From an uncultured Gemmatimonadaceae bacterium (GTDB lineage Bacteria > Gemmatimonadota > Gemmatimonadetes > Gemmatimonadales > Gemmatimonadaceae), in assembly GCA_963843845.1 (NCBI GenBank), contig CAWJMB010000002.1, positions 2,208,001 through 2,272,000 of the forward strand: 64,000 bases of DNA, written 5' to 3'. How positions within the stretch are numbered: the stretch's first letter is position 1; each line of letters begins with the position of its first letter. The position numbers were made by a program, and so were the translations under genes. Under the pieces are notes generated by a model. That model worked only from the letters and a program-made list of their open reading frames with translations, was not told the DNA's origin and did no database searches. Below are positions 11,647 through 20,854 of this stretch, piece after piece.

Positions 11647-12783
11647 GTCGGCGGCGAGCGCGTCGAGCCGGAGCCAGCCGGCGGCCGTCAGCCGAAGCCG
11701 CCGGTCATCGAGCCGGGCCCACCCGGCGTCGACCCACCGTTGAACCCGCGGGCGCTCCGGCGGCGCGATCTCGAGCCCCGCGTCGCTGCGCAGTCCTAAG
11801 TACACTCGCTCGGCGACCCTGTTCTCGACGGACAGACGCTCGGAGCCCGTCACGGGATCGGCGGCTGCGGTGACGGCCGCCCGCCACGCGGGATACGACG
11901 CCTCGTTCCAGCGCCGCGTCACGCCGTCGAACTCGTGCGCCGACGGGCCGAGCCCGACGTAGGGCGCGCCGCTCCAGTAGCTCGCGTTGTGACGGGAGCG
12001 GCGGCCGGGACGCGCGAAGTTGGAGACTTCATAGTGCTCGAAGCCGGCCGCCGTCATGACGTCGTGCGCGCGAAGGAACTCCGCCGCGTAGCGCTCCTCG
12101 TCGGCCTCCGTCACCTCACCGCGCGCGTGCCAACGGCCGAGCGGCGTACGGGGCTCGACGGTCAGTCCGTAGAGCGACAGGTGATCCGGCTCGAGCGCGA
12201 GCGCCATGGCGAGGTCGCGTGACCAGTCGCGATCGACTCCGTCCGGCGCCGCGAAGATCAGATCGAGCGAGAGGTTCGTGATCCCTCCGGCGCGCGCGGT
12301 CCGCACCGCGCGCTCGATCTGCGTCGTGCCATGCGAGCGATGCATCCAGCTCAACACGCGCTCGTCGAACGATTGCGCCCCGACGGAGAGGCGGTTCACT
12401 CCCGCGGCGCGCCACGCCGCCACGTGCTCCGCCGTCACATCGTCAGGGTTCGCCTCGAGCGTCAGCTCCGCATCCGGGGCCAGCGGGAAGTGGCGCGCGA
12501 CGACGTCGATCGCTCCCCGGACGCCGTCGCCGCCGAGCCGCGACGGCGTGCCACCGCCGAAGTAGAGAGTGTCGACGGTGTCCGGATCGGCGTGCACCGC
12601 GCCGAACCGGATCGCACACTCCCGCGCCAGCGCGTCGACGTATTCAGCGACGGGCACCGCCCGGCGCACGGCGATCGCGAAGTCGCAGTACGAGCAGCGC
12701 CGCGCGCAGAACGGCACGTGCACGTAGACGTGGCGCGCCGACGTGGCGTGGCTGGCGGCCGTCAGCGCGGCGTGCGTGTTCAG
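11623..12783 (-). CDS. hemW: Radical SAM heme chaperone HemW (HemN-like); start uncertain
   Basis: YVHVPFCARRCSYCDF, YFGGGTPS, EANP, RLSVGAQSF, HYEVSNFA, GLGPSAH. Confidence 0.92.
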   Translation of the reverse strand: MNTHAALTAASHATSARHVYVHVPFCARRCSYCDFAIAVRRAVPVAEYVDALARECAIRFGAVHADPDTVDTLYFGGGTPSRLGGDGVRGAIDVVARHFPLAPDAELTLEANPDDVTAEHVAAWRAAGVNRLSVGAQSFDERVLSWMHRSHGTTQIERAVRTARAGGITNLSLDLIFAAPDGVDRDWSRDLAMALALEPDHLSLYGLTVEPRTPLGRWHARGEVTEADEERYAAEFLRAHDVMTAAGFEHYEVSNFARPGRRSRHNASYWSGAPYVGLGPSAHEFDGVTRRWNEASYPAWRAAVTAAADPVTGSERLSVENRVAERVYLGLRSDAGLEIAPPERPRVQRWVDAGWARLDDRRLRLTAAGWLRLDALAADLTAFRSP

Positions 12784-12805
12784 ACGCTGGAACCGGGCGA
12801 GGCGG

Positions 12806-13981
12806 CTACCGCCGCGCGATCGATCCGTCGAAGCCGACGAGCACGAGCCCGGTCGCCTCGAGCGACCCGACCGCCGTCGCGCACCGCCGAACGTCGAGCG
12901 CCGCGCGTTCGGCCAGCGCGTCGAGATCCGCCGCCCGCGTCGTGAGCTGCTGCCACACGCACGCCTCGTCGCCCGACAGCGCGGGCACCCGCGGCGCCGA
13001 AGAGCGCGCGGCGTACTCGCGACCCGGGTCCGCGCGGCCGTCCGGCGCCGGTTCCGCCACGGCGCGTCGTACGCCGAGCAGGCCGAGCAGATCGTCCGCA
13101 TCGGTGACGACGGCCGCCCCGTCTCGCAGCAACGCGTTGGCCCCCGCCGAGGCGGCCGAGTCCACCGGCCCCGGAACCGCCCCCACGTCGCGCCCGAGCT
13201 CGAGAGCGAGCGACGCCGTGATCAGTGCGCCACTCCTGGTACCGGCCTCGACGACGACCGTCGCGCGCGCGAGCGCGGCGACGATCCGGTTCCGGCGTGG
13301 GAACGCGCCGGGGGTCGCACGCGTGCCGGGCGCCATCTCGGACACGATCAGCCCCTCCGACGCGATGCGCTCGTACAGGCGCCGGTGCGACGCGGGGTAC
13401 GGCACGTCGACGCCGGTGCCCAACACGGCGACGGTGGCGCCGCCGACGTCGAGGGACGCCGCGTGTGCGACGGCGTCGATTCCCCGCGCGAGCCCGCTCA
13501 CGACGACTGCGCCCGCGCCGCCGGCGGCACGCGCCAACCCGTCGGTCACGCGCGTGCCGTAGCTGGTCGCATCCCGGGTCCCCACCATCGCGACGGCCGG
13601 CGCGACGGACAGCAGCGAGCGATCGCCGCGACACCAGAGCGCGGCAGGAGGGTCGCTCAGGTCGAGCAGCGCCGCGGGATAGTCGGGATCACCGAGCAGA
13701 CAGAGCGTCGCGCGCGCGCGCTCGGCTCGCGCGAGCGCGCGCTCCGCGCACGCCACGGCCTCGCCGCGCTCGGCTGACGCGACACGTCGCGCGAACGCGC
13801 GATCAGCCCCGCCGTCGGCTCGCGCCCACGTGCGGTAGCGCGTCGGCCCGATCCCGTCGACGAACGTGAGCGCGAGCGCCGCGCGTCGATCGTCCGCCGT
13901 CGCCACCGGCGCGGTGCCGGCCTCGGTCGGCAACGCGCTCCACGCGCGGCCGCGCTCGCAGACGCGCGCTGTCGCGATCAC
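12806..13981 (-). CDS. dprA: DNA-processing protein DprA
   Basis: VGTR, VVSGLARGIDAVAH, VLGTGVD, FPRRNRIVAAL, SGALITA; C-terminal winged helix. Confidence 0.93.
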   Translation of the reverse strand: MIATARVCERGRAWSALPTEAGTAPVATADDRRAALALTFVDGIGPTRYRTWARADGGADRAFARRVASAERGEAVACAERALARAERARATLCLLGDPDYPAALLDLSDPPAALWCRGDRSLLSVAPAVAMVGTRDATSYGTRVTDGLARAAGGAGAVVVSGLARGIDAVAHAASLDVGGATVAVLGTGVDVPYPASHRRLYERIASEGLIVSEMAPGTRATPGAFPRRNRIVAALARATVVVEAGTRSGALITASLALELGRDVGAVPGPVDSAASAGANALLRDGAAVVTDADDLLGLLGVRRAVAEPAPDGRADPGREYAARSSAPRVPALSGDEACVWQQLTTRAADLDALAERAALDVRRCATAVGSLEATGLVLVGFDGSIARR

Positions 13982-13982
13982 G

Positions 13983-15002
13983 TCACGGCAGCTCGGCGTG
14001 GCCGACCGCGCGCTCCGCCGTGCGCCGCAGCGTGAGCAGCTCGGTCCACCACGTGGCGAGTAGCTCGTCGAGGCCATCGCGCCCGGCGGCGCTGATCGAG
14101 CGCACCGCGAACGCGTCGGGCGCGACGATCTCGGGCACGTACGGCTCGCCGAGCAGGTCGAGCTTGGTGAACACGACGCAATGCGGCTTCGCGGCGAGCG
14201 CCTCGGAGTACGCGCGCACCTCCGCGCGCAGTCCATCGTACTCGGCCTGCCAGTCCATCGCGTCGATGGGGATCATGATCGCGAGCATCCGCGTCCGCTC
14301 GATGTGGCGCAGGAACTGGAGGCCGAGCCCCTTTCCTTCGTGCGCGCCTTCGATGATTCCCGGGATGTCCGCGACGACGAACGTGCGGTGCCCCGAGAGC
14401 TGCACGACGCCGAGGTTCGGCGCGAGCGTCGTGAACGGGTAGTCGGCGATCTTCGGACGGGCCGCCGAGATCACGGAGAGCAGCGTCGACTTCCCAGCGT
14501 TGGGCTGCCCGACGAGGCCGACGTCGGCGATCAGCTTGAGCTCGAGCTCGAGCGAGCGCGCCTTGCCCTCTTCCCCGGGTTCCCACTCGCGCGGCGCCTG
14601 GTGGGTCGCGGTCGCGAACTTCGCGTTGCCGCGCCCGCCGCGCCCGCCGCGCGCGACGATGATCTCCTGCCCGTGCTCGGTGATGTCGCCGATCAGCTCG
14701 TGCGTGTCGGCGTCGCGCAGCACCGTGCCGGGCGGGACCGGGAGCACGACGTCGGCTCCCGAGCGCCCGCTCTTGTTCGAGCTCGACCCGTGGTCGCCGC
14801 GTTCGGCCTGCCAGAAGTCGCGGTACGTGTAGTCGAGCAGCGTCGCGAGGTTGCTGTCGCCGCGTACGATGACGTCGCCGCCGCGACCCCCGTCGCCTCC
14901 GTCCGGGCCGCCCATCGGGACGAACTTCTCGCGGCGGAACGAGCTGGCGCCCGAGCCGCCAGTGCCGGCTTCGACGCGAACGATGACCTGATCGATGAAC
15001 AT
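13983..15002 (-). CDS. obgE: GTPase ObgE
   Basis: FRREKFVPMGGPDGGDGG, GQPNAGKST, YPFTTL, DIPGIIEGA. Confidence 0.97.
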   Translation of the reverse strand: MFIDQVIVRVEAGTGGSGASSFRREKFVPMGGPDGGDGGRGGDVIVRGDSNLATLLDYTYRDFWQAERGDHGSSSNKSGRSGADVVLPVPPGTVLRDADTHELIGDITEHGQEIIVARGGRGGRGNAKFATATHQAPREWEPGEEGKARSLELELKLIADVGLVGQPNAGKSTLLSVISAARPKIADYPFTTLAPNLGVVQLSGHRTFVVADIPGIIEGAHEGKGLGLQFLRHIERTRMLAIMIPIDAMDWQAEYDGLRAEVRAYSEALAAKPHCVVFTKLDLLGEPYVPEIVAPDAFAVRSISAAGRDGLDELLATWWTELLTLRRTAERAVGHAELP

Positions 15003-15014
15003 GATGGAGTGTGC

Positions 15015-15734
15015 CTAACGCTGTGCTGCCGACTGCGGACTCGGCCGCGTGTGCTCGCGCACCCGCTTCCAGAGCCGTCGCGCGGCGTCCGCCGCGTCGT
15101 CGTCGATGACGCCGTCCAACGCCTCGAGCGCCGCCGAGACGACGTCGGCCCCGACGCCGACGTTCAACGCGCCGTGCAAGTGCGAGTGCAGCTGCCGCTC
15201 CTGCGCCATCGCCGCACACGCTGCGACGACACAGAGCTCACGACGCGGCAGGTCGAGCCCCGGCCGCGCGAGCACCTTGCCGTACCCTTCCACGATCATC
15301 CACGCGTCGAGGGCCGGGTGCAGCTCCGCGATGTTGCGTCGCAGCGGACGGTAGTGCGCACCGTACACCGCGGCACACGTCTCGCCGCCTCGCGCACGCC
15401 ACGTCGCCGTCTCGTCGCGCGAGGCGTCGTCGTCGGACGTCGGCGCCGCGCGCCCCGAGACGCGCCGCCAGTCGCGCATCGCGTTCAGCGTGCGCGGCAG
15501 CCCGGCGAACAGATACGACTGCAGCAGCAGCTCCTCCACCCAGACGGCGTCGATGGTGACCGCGCCGCGCAGCGCGTCGCGCACGGCCCGTTCGCTCCCC
15601 GCGGCGACGACGGCGGCGAGCCGCACCAGCGCGCGCGTCGCCTCGTCGAGCACGGACAACGTCGCGCCGTCCGCGCCTGCGACAGGTACCCGATCGTTGC
15701 CGCCCGTATCCAAGCGTTGCACGGCGCCGCTCAC
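15015..15734 (-). CDS. Carboxymuconolactone decarboxylase/AhpD-like family protein
   Basis: EELLLQSYLFAGLPR, GYGKVLARPGLDLPRREL, QLHSHLHGALNVG; GTG overlaps the upstream TGA. Confidence 0.75.
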   Translation of the reverse strand: MSGAVQRLDTGGNDRVPVAGADGATLSVLDEATRALVRLAAVVAAGSERAVRDALRGAVTIDAVWVEELLLQSYLFAGLPRTLNAMRDWRRVSGRAAPTSDDDASRDETATWRARGGETCAAVYGAHYRPLRRNIAELHPALDAWMIVEGYGKVLARPGLDLPRRELCVVAACAAMAQERQLHSHLHGALNVGVGADVVSAALEALDGVIDDDAADAARRLWKRVREHTRPSPQSAAQR

Positions 15735-16717
15735 GCAGCGGGCGCCACGTCGCCGACGATCTCGCCGCGTGTGTTCCGCACCGGCCGGACGAGGAGGTCG
15801 GCCAGGCGCGGCGGGAGCGGATCGGGGAGCGCGTCGAGGAGTTGCAGCGCGCGCAGCACGGCCGGATACTGTGCCCGCGGCGCGCCGTCCTCGACTTTCA
15901 CGGCGAGCCCGACGCCGCGGTCGAGCAGGGCGAGCGAGTGCACTCCCTCGGCGCCGACCTTCGCGAGCACGCGGCCTTCGGTCTCTTCCATGAGCACGGT
16001 ATCGAATCGATCGGTGCCGCCCACCAGGAACGGCCGGGTTCGCATGGCGTGCGCGATGCGCGACGGCACTTCGTCGCCCCGACGAGCCGCCGCGGCGAAC
16101 CGCGCGTAGCTCCGTGCCATCCCGTCGAGCGGCAGCCCGTACACGACGACGCCGCAGCCGTCCACCGACCGGCGCAACGCCTCCGCCGGCACGCCGCTCC
16201 ACCGCGCCACGGCGTCGGTGCATGCGCGCTGCACGGGGTGCTCGTCGCGCTCGTAGCCGGCCGTCGGCCATCCCTGCGTCGCCGCGCGCGCGAGCATGGC
16301 CGAGTGCTTCCCGGAGCAGTTGTTGTGCAGGCGCGTCGACCGGATCCCCGACTCGCGCAGCAGGCGCGCGCCGCGCGACGCGAGCGGCTCGTGCGGACCG
16401 CAGACGAGATCTCCCTCCTCCAGTCCGAGCGACTCGAGCATCGACTCGGCGAGGGCGGCGTGCTCGGGCTCGCCGCCGTGCGACGCGCAGGCGAGCGCGA
16501 GCTGGTCGTCGCCCCACCCGACGGCGTCGAATCCGCCGCTCTCGATGAGCGGCATCACCTGGAACGGCTTCGCGCACGAGCGCCAGTACGTGGCGAGCGA
16601 CGGATCACCGGCCGCCGCCACGAGCGCGTCGCCGTCGACGACGGCCGCGTGCACGCGATGCCGCGATTCGACGACGCCGCCGCGCGTCGCGACGACGTCG
16701 AGGTTGAGGGTGAGCAT
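15731..16717 (-). CDS. L-asparaginase II (Rhizobium-type AnsA family)
   Basis: RSCAKPFQ, CASHGGE, HNNCSGKH, DGCG, KVGAEGV, KVEDG. Confidence 0.88.
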   Translation of the reverse strand: MLTLNLDVVATRGGVVESRHRVHAAVVDGDALVAAAGDPSLATYWRSCAKPFQVMPLIESGGFDAVGWGDDQLALACASHGGEPEHAALAESMLESLGLEEGDLVCGPHEPLASRGARLLRESGIRSTRLHNNCSGKHSAMLARAATQGWPTAGYERDEHPVQRACTDAVARWSGVPAEALRRSVDGCGVVVYGLPLDGMARSYARFAAAARRGDEVPSRIAHAMRTRPFLVGGTDRFDTVLMEETEGRVLAKVGAEGVHSLALLDRGVGLAVKVEDGAPRAQYPAVLRALQLLDALPDPLPPRLADLLVRPVRNTRGEIVGDVAPAA

Positions 16718-16750
16718 GCAGAGAAACCTAAACGGCCGGCCCGCGGCCGC

Positions 16751-17728
16751 TCAGAACAGCTTGATCAGCCCCTTCGTGTACTTCTGCGGATTGCGCCGGA
16801 CGTCCTCGAGGATCGCGTTCAGCTCGACGAGCGATTTGTTGAGCGCGTCGTAGGTCGCCTGGTCGTTCAACAGGCGTGGCACGATGCCGTTGCCGCGGGT
16901 CATGAGCTTCGCGATCGAGTCGGCGCTCGCCGTCACGCTGACGAGCTGCGCGTAGAGCGTGTCGTCGCGGAGCAGCTTGCCGAGCGTGCCGTTGGAGCTC
17001 GCGACCTGACCGACGAGCGAGTCGAGCGACGCCGTCGTGCGCGTGAGGTTGTTGTAGAGCACGGGGTCGGTCATGAGGCGCCCGATCGTGCCGTTCGGGT
17101 TCTGCATGCGAACGAGCAGCGCATTCGTCCGCGAGAGCGTGCCGTTCAGCGTGTCGTAGAGCCCACGGTTCGTGACGAGCTGGCCGATCGTGCCCTCACC
17201 GGCCACGATGCCGCCCGTGATGCCGCGCAGATCGTGCGTGAGCCCGACGACGTCTCCGACCGCGCCCGACGCCTGCTGGATGATCTGGTCGTACTCGACC
17301 GACGGCGCGACGACGATGGTGTCGTTCGCTCGCAGGTAGCCCGTGCGCGCGGTCCCCGGCGAGATGTCGAAGATGCGGTCGCCGAGGAGGCCCTGCGTGC
17401 GGAGCCGCGCGCGGGAGTCGCCGCGGACCTGCTGCTGCACGTCCTCGTCGACCTCGACGACGAGGCGCAGATTGCGCGTCGTGTCGTTGTCGACCGGAAG
17501 GAAGTCGATGCGCTTCACCGACCCGGCGAGCTGCCCCGCGACGGTGACCGCGCCGCCGACGCGCAACCCGTTCGCGGACGGCACGAACGCTACCAGTTCG
17601 TACTTCCGGCCTAACAGATTCGCCGCTTTCGCGAGCTTGTAGCCGCCGAAGACCAGGATGAGCAGCGCGACCAGCGTCACCGACACGACGCGCACCTGCT
17701 CCCACGTGATGATGCTGCCGCGTTTCAT
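16751..17728 (-). CDS. mlaD: MCE/MlaD family protein with helical repeats
   Basis: N-terminal TM, GLRVGGAVTVAG, TQGLLGDRIFDISPG, repeated GTxGxLxxDxxLY. Confidence 0.88.
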   Translation of the reverse strand: MKRGSIITWEQVRVVSVTLVALLILVFGGYKLAKAANLLGRKYELVAFVPSANGLRVGGAVTVAGQLAGSVKRIDFLPVDNDTTRNLRLVVEVDEDVQQQVRGDSRARLRTQGLLGDRIFDISPGTARTGYLRANDTIVVAPSVEYDQIIQQASGAVGDVVGLTHDLRGITGGIVAGEGTIGQLVTNRGLYDTLNGTLSRTNALLVRMQNPNGTIGRLMTDPVLYNNLTRTTASLDSLVGQVASSNGTLGKLLRDDTLYAQLVSVTASADSIAKLMTRGNGIVPRLLNDQATYDALNKSLVELNAILEDVRRNPQKYTKGLIKLF

Positions 17729-17729
17729 G

Positions 17730-18620
17730 TTAGGATCCGCCGAGGAAGTCCTGGATGTATCGGTCGTCGCTCGCCGTCATCTCCTCCGGCGTGCCGAAGA
17801 ACCGGATGCGCTTCTCCGCGAGCAGCGCGACGTAGGTCGCCATGCGGAACACCGAGCGGATGTCGTGCGACACGACGATGCTCGTGACGCCGAGCTCGCG
17901 CTGCAGCTTGATGATGAGTCGCGTGATCGTCCCCGTCGTCAACGGATCGAGCCCCGACGTGGGCTCGTCGTAGAGCATCAGCTCCGGGTCGTTCGCCATC
18001 GCGCGCGCGATCCCGACGCGTTTCCGCATCCCGCCCGAGAGCGACGACGGCAGCAGCTCCATGATCTGGTCGGGGTCGAGATCGACGAACTCGAGCTTCT
18101 CCCGCACGCGCCGCTCGATCTCGGCCTCGTCGTAGTCGGTATGCTCGCGCAGCGGATACGCGACGTTCTCGTACACGGTCATCGAGTCGAACAGCGCTGC
18201 CGCCTGGAACACCATTCCCATCTTCTGCCGGACACGCAACGCATCCTCGAAGTTGAGTCCCGTGATGTCGTTGCCGCGGACGTAGACACGCCCGGAGTCG
18301 GGGACGAGCAGCCGCAGGATCAGCTTCAGCGTCGTCGACTTGCCGGTGCCCGACTCGCCGACGACGACGATCGTCTCACCCTTCTTCGCGAGGAAGGAGA
18401 CGTCGTCGAGGATGACGCGGCCGTCGAACCCCAGGTGCACGCGCTCCAGCTCGATGACCGCGCCCTCTGCGGGCCCCGGATCTTCCGCGCGCGGACGCAC
18501 GTCGTCCGGCGTCTGGGCGAGCTCGTCGCGGATCGCGGCGCGGACCCGCACCTCGGTCGGCTCACGCCGGTCGCCCGCGCGTCGATCGCCGGGATTCGAT
18601 GCGTCGGGGGGCCCGGTCAT
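17730..18620 (-). CDS. mlaF: ABC transporter ATP-binding protein, MlaF family
   Basis: GESGTGKST, ALFDSMTVYENVA, LSGGMRKRVGIARA, YDEPTSGLDP, SHD. Confidence 0.92.
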   Translation of the reverse strand: MTGPPDASNPGDRRAGDRREPTEVRVRAAIRDELAQTPDDVRPRAEDPGPAEGAVIELERVHLGFDGRVILDDVSFLAKKGETIVVVGESGTGKSTTLKLILRLLVPDSGRVYVRGNDITGLNFEDALRVRQKMGMVFQAAALFDSMTVYENVAYPLREHTDYDEAEIERRVREKLEFVDLDPDQIMELLPSSLSGGMRKRVGIARAMANDPELMLYDEPTSGLDPLTTGTITRLIIKLQRELGVTSIVVSHDIRSVFRMATYVALLAEKRIRFFGTPEEMTASDDRYIQDFLGGS

Positions 18621-19429
18621 GAGGGGAGCACCGCGAGCAGGATCTGCGTGAGGAAGTAGTCGCTCACGAGAATCGAGATGCTCGCCGCGACGACCGTGCG
18701 CGTCGTCGCCACGCCGACGCCTTCGGTCCCTCCGGTCGTCGACAGACCATAGTAGCAGGCCGACGTCGTGATGATCCCGCCGAACACGATCGGCTTCACG
18801 AGCCCCTGGATGAAGTCGTTCGGAATGACGCCGAGCGTGAAGCCGTTGTTGCTGAGCTGCTGCCACACGGTCTGCCAGTAGAAGCCGGTCGGCAGCCCGA
18901 CGTACACCTTCGCGATGAGGTTCCCGCCGAGGATGCCGACGAGGTCGTTGATGACGGTGAGCAGCGGCATCATGATGACGCCGGCGAGCACGCGCGGCGT
19001 CACGAGCTTCTTGATCGGATCGGTGCCGAGCGTGTTCAGCGCGTCGATCTGCTCGGTCACGCGCATGGACCCGATCTGCGCCGCGACCCCCGACCCGACG
19101 CGCCCCGCGACCATCAGCCCCGCGAGCACCGGGCCGAGCTCGCGGACCATCGACGCCGACACCAGGCTGCCGATGTACTGCGTCGCGCCGAACGTGCGGA
19201 GCTGGACCGACGACTGGAGGGCGAGCACCATGCCCGTGAAGAACCCGGTCAGCAGCACGATCCCCAGCGACTGCACGCCGATCGCGTCCATCTGCTGCAC
19301 GAGGTCCGAGAAGTAGAACGGCCGCACGAACGTGAATCGCAGCGCGTTCCACGCGAGCGTCACGTAGCTCTGGACTCCCGCGACCTTGGCCTTGGCGGCG
19401 GCGTTCAGGCGAGTGGCGAAACCGGACAA
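18617..19429 (-). CDS. mlaE: ABC transporter permease, MlaE family
   Basis: RELGPVLAGLMVAGRVGS, MRVTEQIDAL, GVGVATTRTVV. Confidence 0.93.
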   Translation of the reverse strand: MSGFATRLNAAAKAKVAGVQSYVTLAWNALRFTFVRPFYFSDLVQQMDAIGVQSLGIVLLTGFFTGMVLALQSSVQLRTFGATQYIGSLVSASMVRELGPVLAGLMVAGRVGSGVAAQIGSMRVTEQIDALNTLGTDPIKKLVTPRVLAGVIMMPLLTVINDLVGILGGNLIAKVYVGLPTGFYWQTVWQQLSNNGFTLGVIPNDFIQGLVKPIVFGGIITTSACYYGLSTTGGTEGVGVATTRTVVAASISILVSDYFLTQILLAVLPS

Positions 19430-19561
19430 TCCGGGCGATGTGAGAGGGGACGCGGAGGCGGCGCAGGGGCGCCCGGACGCGCCGCGTCGTCACGGCATCG
19501 TGAGCGGCGCAGCGTTCGCGCGGCCGAAGGGGCAAGCGTCGTGCCGGGAGCCGGCGCTCCG

Positions 19562-19590
19562 TTGACCCTCCTCCCCGGCGCCGCTACGCT
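19562..19590 (+). promoter_or_regulatory. Putative sigma70 promoter TTGACC-N17-TACGCT, 8 nt before the heptose kinase ATG
   Basis: Canonical spacing; no SD present. Confidence 0.6.
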
Positions 19591-19598
19591 ACGCGCCC

Positions 19599-20603
19599 AT
19601 GCCTGCCTCCCTTTCCCGCCCCCGGCTCGTCTCGCTGCTCGCGGCTGCCGCCGAACAGCGCGTCGTGACCGTGGGCGACGCGATGCTCGACGTCTACCTC
19701 CGCGGCGACGTCGACCGCATCTCGCCGGAAGCGCCCGTGCCGGTCGTGCGCGTGCGCGATCGGAAAGACGCCCTCGGCGGCGCGGCGAACGTGGCGCAGA
19801 ACGTCGCCGCGCTCGGCGCCTCGTGCGCGCTCGTCGCGGCAGTCGGCGACGACGCCGGCGGCGCCCGCCTTCGGGCGCTGCTCGCCGCGATCGGCGCCGA
19901 CGCCATGGTGGCCGTCGACCGCCCGACGACGACGAAGACGCGGGTCCTCGCGCGGAGTCAACAGGTCGTTCGCTTCGACGAGGAGAACGACGGCGACCTG
20001 ACGGCCGAGGACGTGGCCCAGGTCCTGAGCGCCGTGCGCGCCGCGATCGATGCCGGCGCCACCGCGCTCGTGCTGGAAGACTACAACAAGGGCGTCCTCG
20101 TCCCGGAGGTCATCACCGAGTCGATCGCCATGGCGCGGGCGCGCGGCATCCCGATCGTCGTCGATCCGAAGTTTCGCAATTTCTTCGCCTACCGCGGCGC
20201 GACGATCTTCAAGCCGAACCGGCGCGAGCTCGAGGCGGCACTCGGCGCGACGGTGGACCTCGCGCATCCGGAAGCGCTGCCGGCGACGCTCGAGCGGCTC
20301 GGCGTCGCGCATCTGCTGCTGACGCTCGGCGAGCACGGCATGGCGTTGATCTCGGCGAGCGGTGACACCGCACGCGTCCCCACCACCGCGCGCGAGGTCT
20401 ACGACGTCGTCGGGGCGGGCGATACGGTGACGGCGTATCTCGCGGTGCTGCTCGCGGCAGGGGCGACGGCGCGTGAAGCCGCGGTGATCGCGAACTTCGC
20501 GGCCGGCGTCGAAGTCGCGAAACTCGGCGCCGCGGTCGTGACGCCGGCCGAAGTGCTCGAGGCCTACGATCACTGGGTCGGCGAGAACGGCACTGCGCAG
20601 TAG
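19599..20603 (+). CDS. rfaE1: D-glycero-beta-D-manno-heptose-7-phosphate kinase (stand-alone RfaE domain I)
   Basis: GDAMLDVYLRGDVDRISPEAPVPV, GGAANVA, DYNKG, VDPK, VYDVVGAGDT; no fused adenylyltransferase. Confidence 0.9.
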   Translation: MPASLSRPRLVSLLAAAAEQRVVTVGDAMLDVYLRGDVDRISPEAPVPVVRVRDRKDALGGAANVAQNVAALGASCALVAAVGDDAGGARLRALLAAIGADAMVAVDRPTTTKTRVLARSQQVVRFDEENDGDLTAEDVAQVLSAVRAAIDAGATALVLEDYNKGVLVPEVITESIAMARARGIPIVVDPKFRNFFAYRGATIFKPNRRELEAALGATVDLAHPEALPATLERLGVAHLLLTLGEHGMALISASGDTARVPTTAREVYDVVGAGDTVTAYLAVLLAAGATAREAAVIANFAAGVEVAKLGAAVVTPAEVLEAYDHWVGENGTAQ

Positions 20604-20614
20604 ATTGCCGTCGC

Positions 20615-20687
20615 GGGCCCTTAGCTCAGTGGTTAGAGCAGCGGACTCATAATCCGAAGTGCGTGGGTTCAAATCCCACAGGGCCCA
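20615..20687 (+). tRNA. tRNA with CAU anticodon, probably tRNA-Ile2; CCA not encoded
   Basis: Cloverleaf GGGCCCT/AGGGCCC, loop CTCATAA, TTCAAATC T-loop; D-arm and anticodon arm resemble Ile2, not fMet. Confidence 0.9.
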
Positions 20688-20732
20688 TCTTCCCTCACTT
20701 CTGATGCACGATTACACTGCTCGTTCCCCACG

Positions 20733-20806
20733 GGGCGTGTAGCTCAGCTGGTTAGAGCGCTGCTTTCACACAGCAGAGGTCCGGGGTTCGAGTCCCTGCA
20801 CGCCCA
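20733..20806 (+). tRNA. tRNA-Val(CAC); CCA not encoded
   Basis: Acceptor GGGCGTG/CACGCCC, anticodon arm CTGCT-TTCACAC-AGCAG, GGTTCGAGTCC. Confidence 0.93.
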
Positions 20807-20854
20807 CTGCCCGTCCGTTCGCGCACGCGCGCGTCATCGCGTCCACCGAAGGAC

